Assembly (NCBI GenBank): GCA_020532545.1
Contig: JAJBAW010000006.1
Coordinates: forward strand, 1,025 to 65,024
Direction of reading: 5' to 3'
Origin: Candidatus Cloacimonadota bacterium
GTDB lineage: Bacteria > Cloacimonadota > Cloacimonadia > Cloacimonadales > Cloacimonadaceae
Length of the DNA: 64,000 bases
Positions 8,856 through 18,519 of the stretch are shown piece by piece. How positions within the stretch are numbered: the first letter of the stretch is position 1; every line of letters begins with the position of its first letter. The notes below the pieces were generated by a model. The model saw nothing but the letters and a program-made list of their open reading frames with translations, was not told where the DNA came from and did no database searches. A program made the translations under genes and the position numbers.

Positions 8856-10544
8856 TTAGGGCAGGACTATCTGCCGGAATGTATGTTGCTTGCCATCCTG
8901 CTTTAGCCTTAGAATATAGATGCCGGGAATCAATCTAAGCTGGGCGGAATTAAAATCTTTGATTCCCTCGTATGAGGCTATCTTCTGCCCCTTGAGGTTA
9001 TAGATCTTCAGGTCAAAATATGCCTGACTTTTCAGCGAAAAATCCCCTTGAGCCGGGTTTGGATAAGGTCTCAATGCCGAAGGAACTTGATCTTGAACGT
9101 CCAGATGTCCCCCGATGCCATGCACTTTGATGTCATCTACAAACAAGGCAAAAGCATCCAAAGACACTGCATTTAAAGCCAGATAGACATCTTGTCCCGC
9201 ATAAGCGCCCAGGTCAAACTCGTAATCTGTCCAACTGGCGGGGAGGCTGAGCCAATTCTCTGCGTGCAACAGACTGAAAGACTGAGGATTGCTATCGCTC
9301 ACAGAGATCAAGACCCGCAAACGCTCCAAACCATAAGCTGCAGTAAAGCTGCGAGCTGTAAATTCGAGCGTGCCGGAATTCCCCAGATGCAGATTTGGGA
9401 AAATCAGCCAGTCGTTATTAGGAGGGGTCATGGCGCTGGAAGACATCAGCAGCTTGGCCCCCGTAGGCACAGAAATATCCGCGAGAGGAGGAGTGGTCTG
9501 CAAGGGGGCAAAGACCAGCCAGCCCAAGACATTACCCTCAGAGGGGAAGTCCAGATTATCCCAGCTCCAGGTAGGCGAGCCATCCAGATCCAGATTTTGA
9601 AAGCCGGGAATCTGCTGCGTGAAAGAAGGGCAATTCTCAAAACTCTCAAACAGGATGATCTCCGAGCCATCCAGCGGCACTGTGATGCTGAAAAAATTGG
9701 AGTGAGGAGAGAGCAGACCGCCCGGATAGCGAGCTTGCACGCTGTATATATAGGTCTGTCCGGCGTTTATGTTCGTGTCGTTATAGGCAGTGGAGGTAGT
9801 TTCAGAGATTATCTGGCTGTCTTTGTGCAGTAGATAGGCCTCAGGACTGCCTTCCACAGGCGCTTCCCAGAACAGCCGAACAGCTTGATCCGCATAATAG
9901 GCATAGAGATTTCGGGGAGCATCATCGTACTCCGTCCCGCCAAAATGCAGCCTGAGATTCGCCAGATATTGCTTGTAATTGATAGTGTCAGGCGGGTTTT
10001 CCGGGTCCGGATTGATGCTCATGCTCTGAAAGTTCAGTGCACGGATACCGGCCATTTCCCGGCAAAAGAAATCGTCGCTGGAAGAGCCACTACCATCGGT
10101 ATTTTCATCCACAGCCAGGATCAGATTGCTGAGCCCATCATAGAGAAAACCTTGCTGCAAGGGGATGGTGAGCCAGCCGCTACCCGGCAGAGAATTGTCA
10201 AACCAATCCTGAGACAGACTGCCATTAAAGACCAGGCTCAGCTCGCCTGCAGGAACCCAATTCTGCATGAAATTCAGAGAGCTATGTCCCAGATAGATCT
10301 TCCAGTCCTTATTGCCCGCAAAAAAGAGATTGCTCTGCACGTTATATTGAAAGCCCAAATGCGTGATCTCACCAGCTATACCGATCTCCGAGGCATAAAA
10401 AAGCTGCTGGGTATAGCTGAAACGCGCCAGCGGCTCTATCGGCAGCCCTTGATGCAAGATATTGCCCGTGCCGATACTGACCATCTGCGCATTCAAAACG
10501 CATAAAGACATGAAAATGAGGGCAAGGACCAGACGGCGAATCAT
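8856..10544 (-). CDS. secreted protein with a T9SS C-terminal sorting domain
   Basis: 562 aa with signal peptide MIRRLVLALIFMSLCVLNA. The C-terminus (PYPNPAQGDFSL...IYNLKGQKI...GIYILRLKQDGKQHTFRQIVLP) matches the T9SS type A sorting-domain pattern. The N-terminal ~150 aa module is shared with 35865-39614. Confidence 0.85.
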   Translation of the reverse strand: MIRRLVLALIFMSLCVLNAQMVSIGTGNILHQGLPIEPLARFSYTQQLFYASEIGIAGEITHLGFQYNVQSNLFFAGNKDWKIYLGHSSLNFMQNWVPAGELSLVFNGSLSQDWFDNSLPGSGWLTIPLQQGFLYDGLSNLILAVDENTDGSGSSSDDFFCREMAGIRALNFQSMSINPDPENPPDTINYKQYLANLRLHFGGTEYDDAPRNLYAYYADQAVRLFWEAPVEGSPEAYLLHKDSQIISETTSTAYNDTNINAGQTYIYSVQARYPGGLLSPHSNFFSITVPLDGSEIILFESFENCPSFTQQIPGFQNLDLDGSPTWSWDNLDFPSEGNVLGWLVFAPLQTTPPLADISVPTGAKLLMSSSAMTPPNNDWLIFPNLHLGNSGTLEFTARSFTAAYGLERLRVLISVSDSNPQSFSLLHAENWLSLPASWTDYEFDLGAYAGQDVYLALNAVSLDAFALFVDDIKVHGIGGHLDVQDQVPSALRPYPNPAQGDFSLKSQAYFDLKIYNLKGQKIASYEGIKDFNSAQLRLIPGIYILRLKQDGKQHTFRQIVLP

Positions 10545-10865
10545 GGTTTCACCTCTTTCTGACAGGCTTTCTGCAGATTCATGGATTCCTCCGCGATATT
10601 ATTCTTTTATGGTTATTTTCCAATATCTACAGTGCGGCTAAGAGGATTGAATCTGTCAAGCAAAAAAATGGGAGAATACCTGAAAGTTACTTTTTTGGTT
10701 GACAAAAAGGGAGGTGATTATAAAAAGAGTGGGAAGATGATTATCTTTTGGAAGTGTACGGTTTAGTAGTTCAGGATATATTCTGAATTACTACATGATG
10801 TTAATAACAGCTATAGTGCCTAAACACAAAATTGACAGAATAGTAACTAATATTGAGGTTTTGAC

Positions 10866-11807
10866 ATGAATCAAATAGACTTAATAGATTATTTAGCTAT
10901 TACTTATGGTGATGTGCATGATATCACTCCGGTTCAAACTGGATTTCAGACTCATTACTCGCACCCTAGTGGCTCATTGATCCAAGGGAATTCTTTTGAC
11001 TGGCTAAAGTCTATACCAGAGAACTCAGTCGATATGGTATTTGCTGACCCTCCATATAACATTAAAAAGGCATATTGGGATAACTTTGTTAGCCAGGAAG
11101 TGTATATTCAATGGTCTTTAAAGTGGATATCTGAATGCGCAAGAGTATTGAAGGAAACGGGATCGTTATATATATGTGGCTTCTCAGAAATACTTGCAGA
11201 TCTAAAACACCCTGCAAGCAAACACTTCAAGCACTGTAGATGGCTAATCTGGTATTATAGAAACAAAGCAAACCTAGGAAACGACTGGGGTAGAGCACAT
11301 GAAAGCATACTTCATTTCCGTCATAGCAACAAATTCACTATGAATATAGATTATGCGAGAATTCCATATAGCGCTCATACTTTGAGGTATCCAGAACACC
11401 CTCAAGCTATAACAAGTGCATATGGTAATGGAAAAAACCGTGATCGAGGAAAAGAATGGACACCACATCCTCTTGGCGCAAAACCTAAAGATGTGATTGA
11501 AATACCAACGACATGTAATGGAATGGGAGAAAAAACACCACATCCAACACAAAAACCAGAGGAATTATTACGTAAGCTTATCTTTGCCTCGACCAACAAA
11601 TCCGACCTTGTATTAGATCCATTCTCAGGGTCAGGTACTACCCTAGTGGTAGCTGAGCAGCTAGGAAGAAGATGGATTGGTTGTGATCTTGATGCAGAGT
11701 ATAATTCGTGGGCTATTCAAAGGATTGAGAAAGTCATCAGGAGAAGTGAACTCGACTGGGTTGAATTCGATAGAAACAACTATTTAAGAAGGGAATCAAT
11801 AAGATGA
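10866..11807 (+). CDS. site-specific DNA methyltransferase, beta-class (N6-adenine or N4-cytosine)
   Basis: 313 aa. Motif IV DPPY (VFADPPYNI) precedes motif I (LDPFSGSGTT), which is the beta permutation. The stop overlaps the downstream start (ATGA). Confidence 0.9.
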   Translation: MNQIDLIDYLAITYGDVHDITPVQTGFQTHYSHPSGSLIQGNSFDWLKSIPENSVDMVFADPPYNIKKAYWDNFVSQEVYIQWSLKWISECARVLKETGSLYICGFSEILADLKHPASKHFKHCRWLIWYYRNKANLGNDWGRAHESILHFRHSNKFTMNIDYARIPYSAHTLRYPEHPQAITSAYGNGKNRDRGKEWTPHPLGAKPKDVIEIPTTCNGMGEKTPHPTQKPEELLRKLIFASTNKSDLVLDPFSGSGTTLVVAEQLGRRWIGCDLDAEYNSWAIQRIEKVIRRSELDWVEFDRNNYLRRESIR

Positions 11808-12751
11808 ATATCAAAAAATTACTATCCATTTCAACCGATAAAGGTAACTTTAAGACACTATACAACTTCATAGAATTCACACTTAAGTACCTTGATTTTA
11901 TCAGCAATAATCTCCAGGCTAGGATTGTATCGCAAAATGAAACGCAATATCAGTTTTTCCAATATTCCAAAGAAGGCCATTTCAACATCACAAGACCGAT
12001 TAACACTGAACTTATGTATGATTTAGCATCATTCGAGACTAATGTAAAGATATTTCAAGAGATATTGTCTAGCCTACCGAGCGATTCTCCCCATCCTCAA
12101 GCCCATAGAATGATTTTTAACAGGGCGGTTTACACTATTCAACAAAGTATTGGCGCTTCTCTTGACGCATTGTCCTCAAAAGAAACAAATCAAGCTAGAA
12201 AGATACATGGAGATTTATTCGAACGATTTGTGCGAATCCTTTTTCGGAGCATTGATATAAGCTGCGTTTCTGGTATTATTAACGTACCGATTAAGGACAG
12301 CGAAGAGCGAAAATTATTTGATACTAAGTACCAACATGATTTGATAATAACAAAGGATGAGAAAACTAAAATAATTGGGTCAGTTAAGACTTCAAGCAAG
12401 GATAGAATCGATAAAGTCTTCATGGATAAGTTTATGTATTGGAAGCTAACCGATACATACATACCTCACATTGCTGTTTTCTTGAATGACGTTCAAAGGA
12501 AAAAGACCAGTAAACCGAATCAGTACGGAGTTAGCTCAACTTTCTTGCCCGGACACTTCAAAGCATATGCATTGAAACTAACTCCCTTAGATGGCGTATA
12601 TTACTGCGACATACGTCCAAACATGATAGATGATCCTTTTCTTGCATCTCAAATATCAACATTAGATAGATTATTCTTCAATGATGTATGGGTATTTTTG
12701 AGCGCCGAGAATCCAGGTGCTGAAGGCATTAAGATTAAACCACGTGATTAG
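11804..12751 (+). CDS. putative type II restriction endonuclease (PD-(D/E)XK-like), partner of the methyltransferase
   Basis: 315 aa, translationally coupled to the MTase by a 4-nt overlap, and AT-rich. The candidate core is YQHDLIIT...GSVKTSSKDR. The K-[TS]-S-x-K-[DE]-R motif is common in type IIP enzymes. No specific family was recognised. Confidence 0.6.
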   Translation: MNIKKLLSISTDKGNFKTLYNFIEFTLKYLDFISNNLQARIVSQNETQYQFFQYSKEGHFNITRPINTELMYDLASFETNVKIFQEILSSLPSDSPHPQAHRMIFNRAVYTIQQSIGASLDALSSKETNQARKIHGDLFERFVRILFRSIDISCVSGIINVPIKDSEERKLFDTKYQHDLIITKDEKTKIIGSVKTSSKDRIDKVFMDKFMYWKLTDTYIPHIAVFLNDVQRKKTSKPNQYGVSSTFLPGHFKAYALKLTPLDGVYYCDIRPNMIDDPFLASQISTLDRLFFNDVWVFLSAENPGAEGIKIKPRD

Positions 12752-13168
12752 GTTGTAGTATGGTTTATGCTAGTTATCTCTAAATTTAGCGAATAATCAA
12801 ACAAAACATGGAAGCAGATGTGGCCGTTTCCAGCCTAATCTTTGAGAAAAGCAGATCGAGACCCCAGTCGAGCAACTGGATTCGCTTGTGTCTCATGTCG
12901 AGAAGTCAGCAGCACTTGAAAAATAAGCAGCTTTCAAATCCGTATTATCCAGGCACAATATCTGCAAAGCGAGAACGGGAAGCTATTTTAGACAAGTCCT
13001 GAATATGTGGGTTGTAGGGGTTTTGGGCGAAAACCCAAGTCCTGCATATGAATGATGATGATAGAACACAGATCGGGCGGTTCGTGTGAGTCTTTTTCAT
13101 CCTACTTTTTTCATCCAACGGATAAACCAGCATTCTTGGGTTCTGGACTTTCTCATTTGAACCACTTG

Positions 13169-13239
13169 ATCACATCTTTATCTACCCTTAATCAAGCGTT
13201 AATTGTTAACGCTTGATTAAGGGTAGATAAAGATGTGAT
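13169..13239. repeat. perfect 34-bp inverted repeat with a 3-nt spacer
   Basis: The left arm is 13169-13202 (atcacatctttatctacccttaatcaagcgttaa) and the spacer is ttg. The right arm (13206-13239) is its exact reverse complement. Confidence 0.95.
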
Positions 13240-13888
13240 TGATGCCTTCGGGAGAGGGAGAAAGGATCAAATGCATATTGTGCTCCAAGGCAACACTTTC
13301 TTGCACCACTATCTAACTTGACTGAAAACACATTTTCGCCAGCGGACCATGAAAGGCGTTGGAGTTCAATCCGGCTTCGATTATTTCAGTGTTAGCGTTA
13401 ATAACAGGCCGGAATGGACTTCAACAGCCGTCGGCAAGGTTTTCCATTGCTATTGCCGCTTGAAGTCCAAAGTGCCGCTAAGATTATGGTAAATAGATAG
13501 TTATCTTAGGCACTTTGAACTCCAAGACTCACAGCTTCATGTAAGGGACACAGGAACATTTACTTTTACTTCGATGTAATCATCATCCATGGATAGTAGG
13601 AAGGATGCCTCGCCCACTTTTTAGACTATTGAATCAGCTAAGTTATTGGAAAATAATGTATATCCTGAACAGCATCTATCTTTCCCAAAAAAGTGCTTGA
13701 CCAAATTAGCCAAGATTAAAAACATTGCGATATCTACTTTTTTTTACATAGCTGGTGAGTAAAATGACCGATATATTCTGCTCATAAGATATGTGAGACT
13801 GTTGCTTAGAACATAGCCCAAGCCATGAGACCCAAGAGATATTTAGAATACAGTGATAGAATAAATAACGAGATCCAAGGAGTCCACC

Positions 13889-15067
13889 ATGAGAAAGTTA
13901 CTCTTCATCCTCATCCCTTTACTGCTGGCGATAGGATTATCTGCGGTAGAGCTTGACCTTAGCGGAGAATACCGGGCCCGGGTAGCCAGGCGCGATGATG
14001 CCCTCCAAAACGATGAAACGCTCTTTGACAACCGGCTGAGCATTGCTCTTGATACCCAATTTCTTGAGAATCTAAAGCTTAGACTGGCCACAGAAATCAG
14101 TGATACTCAGTGGAGCAAGGATGGGCGTGGAGGTATCGGTCTTGGCAAATACATCCGCATCAGGGAAGCTTACCTGGATTACCTGATTCCCGGCATCGAT
14201 AGCAGAGCACGAGCAGGCCAGCTTTATTGGAAAGATCAGATGAGTTTCATCATGGATGATAGCTTTCCCGGGGCCATGCTCAGTAATGACTTTGGGGAGC
14301 ACTTCCATACCGAATTGATTTGGATGCACTTAAACGGAAACAAAGATTCAATCTATGATGAGGGCAATGCTTTTGTGCTTCACGCCAGGGCGGACAAGCA
14401 TAGTCCGATCGGAGTTTATCTGTTCTATGGAAACTATCCAAAGCCGGATATCCAGAATATTACCCTTATGCCTTATGCCAGCTTCGGCATAGGTGTGCTG
14501 AGCCTGGATGCAGCCGCATACCTGGGTAAACAGAATAAGGGTATGGATGATCTTGCTCTGGGTTTGGCAGCCAAAGCAAAGCTGGATGTGAATGCCTTTG
14601 AACTGGGCCTGGACTTCCTGGCAGGCTCTGCAGACAGCCATACCACCATCAGCTCCAGGTATCAGAACGGCTTGTATATTAATGGAAATGGCAAATACCA
14701 TGATGGGCTCAATCTGTATTGGGATAACTTTTTTAATAATGAAAACATAGATATCTTTTCCAGCACCGTGCTAAACACCAAAATCCCGCTTGGCCAAAAT
14801 CTCAAGTTCTTTGCGGCAGCAGGTGCTCAGGTCCTTTTTGCCATGAATTCGGATTGGACATGGGGAAATTCTATTTTAAAAGTAACCGTAGGCTCGGAAG
14901 TGAATGCAGGATTCGAATGCACTGTGATCCCTGATCTTCTTCACATACAGGTCTATGGCGCTATTAGTGATGCTACTAAAGATGAGGTGTTTATTTTTGG
15001 TCAAGTGATTCCTGGAACTGAACTCAAAAACTACGCTGTGGGCAGCACTTTGCAGATAAGATTTTGA
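13889..15067 (+). CDS. putative outer-membrane beta-barrel protein (porin-like)
   Basis: 392 aa with signal peptide MRKLLFILIPLLLAIGLSA and an alternating-strand composition. The C-terminus is ...STLQIRF. RBS AAGGAG lies upstream. Confidence 0.7.
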   Translation: MRKLLFILIPLLLAIGLSAVELDLSGEYRARVARRDDALQNDETLFDNRLSIALDTQFLENLKLRLATEISDTQWSKDGRGGIGLGKYIRIREAYLDYLIPGIDSRARAGQLYWKDQMSFIMDDSFPGAMLSNDFGEHFHTELIWMHLNGNKDSIYDEGNAFVLHARADKHSPIGVYLFYGNYPKPDIQNITLMPYASFGIGVLSLDAAAYLGKQNKGMDDLALGLAAKAKLDVNAFELGLDFLAGSADSHTTISSRYQNGLYINGNGKYHDGLNLYWDNFFNNENIDIFSSTVLNTKIPLGQNLKFFAAAGAQVLFAMNSDWTWGNSILKVTVGSEVNAGFECTVIPDLLHIQVYGAISDATKDEVFIFGQVIPGTELKNYAVGSTLQIRF

Positions 15068-15305
15068 CGCTCTGTCCTTGTGCGTCCTATCTTACTGGCT
15101 ACAGTCGCTTTTTCAGAGCATATTGCGTGTGAGGCTTTGGCACTTAAAAAGCAAATTGAAGGCAGAAGCTGGCGATGACCACTGAGAGTGGCCAGTTATT
15201 TATGGTTTGGGCAAGGGTGAGGGGACAGAAGAGCTTTACAACAGAGCTGTGGCTGGAGGATACAGGCACCGCAGGTCCCGCCGCAAGGTAAAACTCTCAT
15301 GGCAC

Positions 15306-15333
15306 TTGACAGAATTGTCGTTATATTTATTAT
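15306..15333 (+). promoter_or_regulatory. candidate sigma70-type promoter upstream of hisS
   Basis: TTGACA (15306-15311), a 16-nt spacer and TATTAT (15328-15333), about 30 nt before the GTG start. Confidence 0.4.
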
Positions 15334-15364
15334 GTAAGTAAAACAAATAGGGAGCTTAAAGATA

Positions 15365-16645
15365 GTGAATCGCGTCATAGGCATCCATCAGTTCATGCCG
15401 GATAAGGTATGGAAATGGAAGTTATTAGAGCAGAAGATAGCCCAGGTCTTATCCTTGCACGATTATCAGGAGATTCGTCTGTCTGTTTTGCAGGATTATG
15501 CTGTGATCCACGAAGGCATCACCGCTCTCATGCAGCAGGATGAAGCCACTATTGCTGCCGAAGGTATCGTCAATCTTTCCCAGTCCAATGGCAATCTAAG
15601 TTTACTTACTTTGCGTCCTGAGGGAACCATCAGCGTCTTGCATCACACTGCGCAGATTATCAAGGACAACGAAGTTCACCGCTTTTATTATATCGGGCCC
15701 ATGTTTCGCAAGGGCAAAGAGAATATCCCCACCGAATTTCATCAATTGGGCGTAGAGCTTTTGGGCAGTGAAAGTGTGATTTCCGAAAACGAGGTAATCT
15801 CCCTGGGCATCAAGATCTGTCAGCAATTGGGCCTCAAGGATGTGAGTCTGCAGCTCAATAGCTTTGGCTGTCAGGATTGCCGTGTGCAGTTTTTTGAAGA
15901 CATGCGCGTGTATCTGAAAGAACATGAGACCGAGCTTTGTGCCGCCTGCTTCAAAAAGCTCTATACCAATCCCTTTACAGATGCAGACTGTGGCGATGCT
16001 GCCTGTGCGAAGGCGATCGCCGATGGACCCAAGATCATGGACTATCTGTGTCCGAATTGCAGCCGAAACTTTGCCAGAGTGAAAAAGATTCAGGCTAATT
16101 TAGCCCATCAATACACGATAAATCCCAAGCTGTTCAAGAATTATGCCTATTACAATGAAACTGTGTTTGACTTTGTAATCAAGAAAAACGGGATTGAGCA
16201 AGTGATCGGAGGCGGTGGACGTTACGACTATCTATCGCGGATGATTACAGGGAAAAACATCCCGGCCGTGGGCTTTTATCTGAATATGGACAGCATCTTT
16301 GAGACCATGGACCGGCGCGGGCTTTTTACCCCATTAGACAAGGACTTCAGCGTCTATATCGCTACCCAAAGCGAAGATCTGGAAATGATGCTCCTGCAGA
16401 TCGCCCAGGAATTACACGAAAATGACATAAAAACTGTGCTGAGCACAGATAAACACAGCATCACCGAGGATGTAGCCCTGGCCGCCAAGGCACAGTGCGA
16501 AGTGATGCTGGTGATCCGGGATGAAAATGTGCGTGAAGGCAAGATCCTCATGCGCAATCTGAGCAAAGAACATCAGGATTACATCAAACTGGACGGAATC
16601 ATAGACGCCATCCTCTTGGCTCGCAAATCTTTGAACAAAGAATAA
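15365..16645 (+). CDS. hisS: histidine--tRNA ligase (divergent motif 2)
   Basis: 426 aa with a GTG start. Class II HisRS features are present: LRPEGT, FR...EFHQLGVELLG, GGGGRYD...PAVGF, and a C-terminal anticodon-binding-like domain. The GRYR part of motif 2 is not conserved. Confidence 0.7.
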   Translation: MNRVIGIHQFMPDKVWKWKLLEQKIAQVLSLHDYQEIRLSVLQDYAVIHEGITALMQQDEATIAAEGIVNLSQSNGNLSLLTLRPEGTISVLHHTAQIIKDNEVHRFYYIGPMFRKGKENIPTEFHQLGVELLGSESVISENEVISLGIKICQQLGLKDVSLQLNSFGCQDCRVQFFEDMRVYLKEHETELCAACFKKLYTNPFTDADCGDAACAKAIADGPKIMDYLCPNCSRNFARVKKIQANLAHQYTINPKLFKNYAYYNETVFDFVIKKNGIEQVIGGGGRYDYLSRMITGKNIPAVGFYLNMDSIFETMDRRGLFTPLDKDFSVYIATQSEDLEMMLLQIAQELHENDIKTVLSTDKHSITEDVALAAKAQCEVMLVIRDENVREGKILMRNLSKEHQDYIKLDGIIDAILLARKSLNKE

Positions 16646-16656
16646 AGGAGAATATC

Positions 16657-17028
16657 ATGAAATCAATCGCAACTCACCTCGCACCTGCTGCCATCGGTCC
16701 TTATTCACAGGCAATTCTAATGAACGACACCCTTTTTATCAGCGGACAACTGGGCATCGACCCCGGCACCGGAAACATGGCTGAAGGCTTTGAAGCTCAA
16801 GCTAATCTGGTCTTTCAACACATCAGAGCCATCCTCGAAGCCGCAGGCATGGGCATGTCCCATGTGGTAAAAGCCAGCGTTTTTCTCAATGATATGAACG
16901 ATTTTGGCCAATTAAACGAGATTTATGGCCGCCAATTCAGCGCTCCCTTTCCCGCCAGAGAAGCCATCCAGGTGGCCCGCCTGCCCAAAGATGGGCTGGT
17001 AGAAATCTCTGTGATCGCGATGAGGTAA
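16657..17028 (+). CDS. ridA: RidA/YjgF family reactive-intermediate deaminase
   Basis: 123 aa with APAAIGPYSQAI...SGQLG...KASVFLNDMNDF...PAREAIQVARLP, which is typical of the YjgF/RidA family. Confidence 0.9.
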   Translation: MKSIATHLAPAAIGPYSQAILMNDTLFISGQLGIDPGTGNMAEGFEAQANLVFQHIRAILEAAGMGMSHVVKASVFLNDMNDFGQLNEIYGRQFSAPFPAREAIQVARLPKDGLVEISVIAMR

Positions 17029-17032
17029 CCCC

Positions 17033-17581
17033 TTGAGCATCACTACCAAAGGCGGGGACAAAGGCCAGACTTCCTTGTACACCGGAGACAGGATTTCCAA
17101 GAGCGACCCCCGTGTGGAAGCATACGGCACCTTGGATGAGCTTGATGCCTTCATCGGCGAAGCCAAACACCATATAAGTGAATACCCAGAAGGCTACAAA
17201 CAGCTTATCGAAATCCAAAACCGGCTGTACCGGGTGATGGGAGAGCTCGCCACACCAGATGGCTCATACCCCATACCTTTGTGCGAGAGCGAAGTAGAGG
17301 AGATCACGGCCAATATTCATCACTACGAAGAAAAGCTGAATCTCAAAGGCTTCGTGATCCCCGGAGCCTGTCTTGCCAGCGCCAGATTGGACATCTGCAG
17401 GACTGTAGCCAGAAGGGCTGAACGCAGAGTGACCGCCCTGGCTATGAATACCGAAGTATCCCCGTTTTTGCAGAAATACGTGAATCGGCTGTCTGACTTT
17501 TTTTTCATCCTGGCACGGCATATCGAAAACGAAAAAGGCGTCTTGACCTATAAGATAAAACCCCAGAAGGGCTGTGAATAG
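17033..17581 (+). CDS. PduO-type ATP:cob(I)alamin adenosyltransferase
   Basis: 182 aa with a TTG start. The N-terminus TKGGDKGQTSL...RVEAYGTLDELDAFIG is the PduO-type signature. Confidence 0.85.
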   Translation: MSITTKGGDKGQTSLYTGDRISKSDPRVEAYGTLDELDAFIGEAKHHISEYPEGYKQLIEIQNRLYRVMGELATPDGSYPIPLCESEVEEITANIHHYEEKLNLKGFVIPGACLASARLDICRTVARRAERRVTALAMNTEVSPFLQKYVNRLSDFFFILARHIENEKGVLTYKIKPQKGCE

Positions 17582-17627
17582 CTGAGGCTGCAGGCAAGGA
17601 AATATTGAACAATAAAAGGAGAAAACA

Positions 17628-18371
17628 ATGTATAAAATAGTGTTATTGAGACACGGCGAAAGCGCCTGGAACAAAGCCAACCGCTTTACCGGCTGGACCG
17701 ATGTGGACCTTTCTGAAAAGGGCATCATCGAAGCCAAAGAAGCCGGTAGAAGGCTCAAAGAGGCAGGCTTTACTTTTGATGAGGCCTACACTTCCGTGCT
17801 CAAACGAGGAATCCGCACTCTCTGGCTGGCCCTGGACGAGATGGATCTGATGCACATTCCCATCCGTCACGATTGGCGTTTGAACGAACGTCATTATGGA
17901 GCCTTGCAGGGTTTGAATAAAGCAGATACAGCCAAGAAATACGGCGAAGACCAAGTCCTGATCTGGCGTCGCAGCTTCGATGTACCGCCTCCTGCTCTTA
18001 CCAAAGACGATGAACGATATCCGGGCAAAGACCCCCGTTATGCCAATCTGGAAGAAGCACAAATCCCCCTGGGGGAATCTCTGAAAGATACCGTGGCGCG
18101 CACCATGCCCTTCTGGAATGAAGTGATCATTCCCAGATTGGTGGCAGGACGCAAAATGGTGATCTCAGCCCATGGCAACAGCCTCAGAGCCATAGTGAAG
18201 AATCTGGATCACATCTCTGATGAAGATATCCTGAGCCTGAATATCCCCACCGGTATCCCCCTGATCTATGAATTCGATGCCGAGCTAAATGCAACCAAGA
18301 GCTACTATCTGGCGGATCCAGATGAAGTAAAAGCGGCGGCAAACAAGGTAGCAAACCAAGCCAAAGGCTGA
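17628..18371 (+). CDS. gpmA: 2,3-bisphosphoglycerate-dependent phosphoglycerate mutase
   Basis: 247 aa with LRHGES (nucleophilic His), RLNERHYG (catalytic Glu), AHGNSLR and the C-terminal tail ...[14 protein letters not shown]. Confidence 0.95.
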   Translation: MYKIVLLRHGESAWNKANRFTGWTDVDLSEKGIIEAKEAGRRLKEAGFTFDEAYTSVLKRGIRTLWLALDEMDLMHIPIRHDWRLNERHYGALQGLNKADTAKKYGEDQVLIWRRSFDVPPPALTKDDERYPGKDPRYANLEEAQIPLGESLKDTVARTMPFWNEVIIPRLVAGRKMVISAHGNSLRAIVKNLDHISDEDILSLNIPTGIPLIYEFDAELNATKSYYLADPDEVKAAANKVANQAKG

Positions 18372-18519
18372 TGAGCCCCGCAAGCTATAAGATAAATTGG
18401 CAGCCTGTTTTTTTTTGACAGTCTGCCAATTTTTACTATTAGCATAGACAAGACCTCAAAGCACTGCGGATAAATGACCTAACAAGGCTTAACAGATAAA
18501 GACATAGGAAAGGGGAACA

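Noticed and set aside
10769-10780. A 12-nt inverted match with 13659-13670 as terminal inverted repeats of a mobile R-M cassette.
   Set aside because: A 12-mer match in AT-rich DNA is only weakly significant. There is no target-site duplication and no transposase. It is mentioned in the island finding only as a lead.
6351-12751. The idea that the helicase/DUF1998 gene plus the methyltransferase form a DISARM-like defence system.
   Set aside because: There are no separate DrmB or DrmC (PLD) genes and no SNF2 gene. The helicase is separated from the MTase by a secreted-protein gene on the opposite transcriptional unit. The MTase is clearly paired with its own endonuclease.
13349-13492. A 47-codon ORF (MKGVGVQSGFDYFS...RLW), and a tRNA-like fragment (ggagttcaatcc) as an integration-site remnant.
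   Set aside because: The ORF has no RBS and no recognisable family. The T-loop-like word lacks a complementary T-stem and acceptor sequence. The region is better described as non-coding with nested helices.
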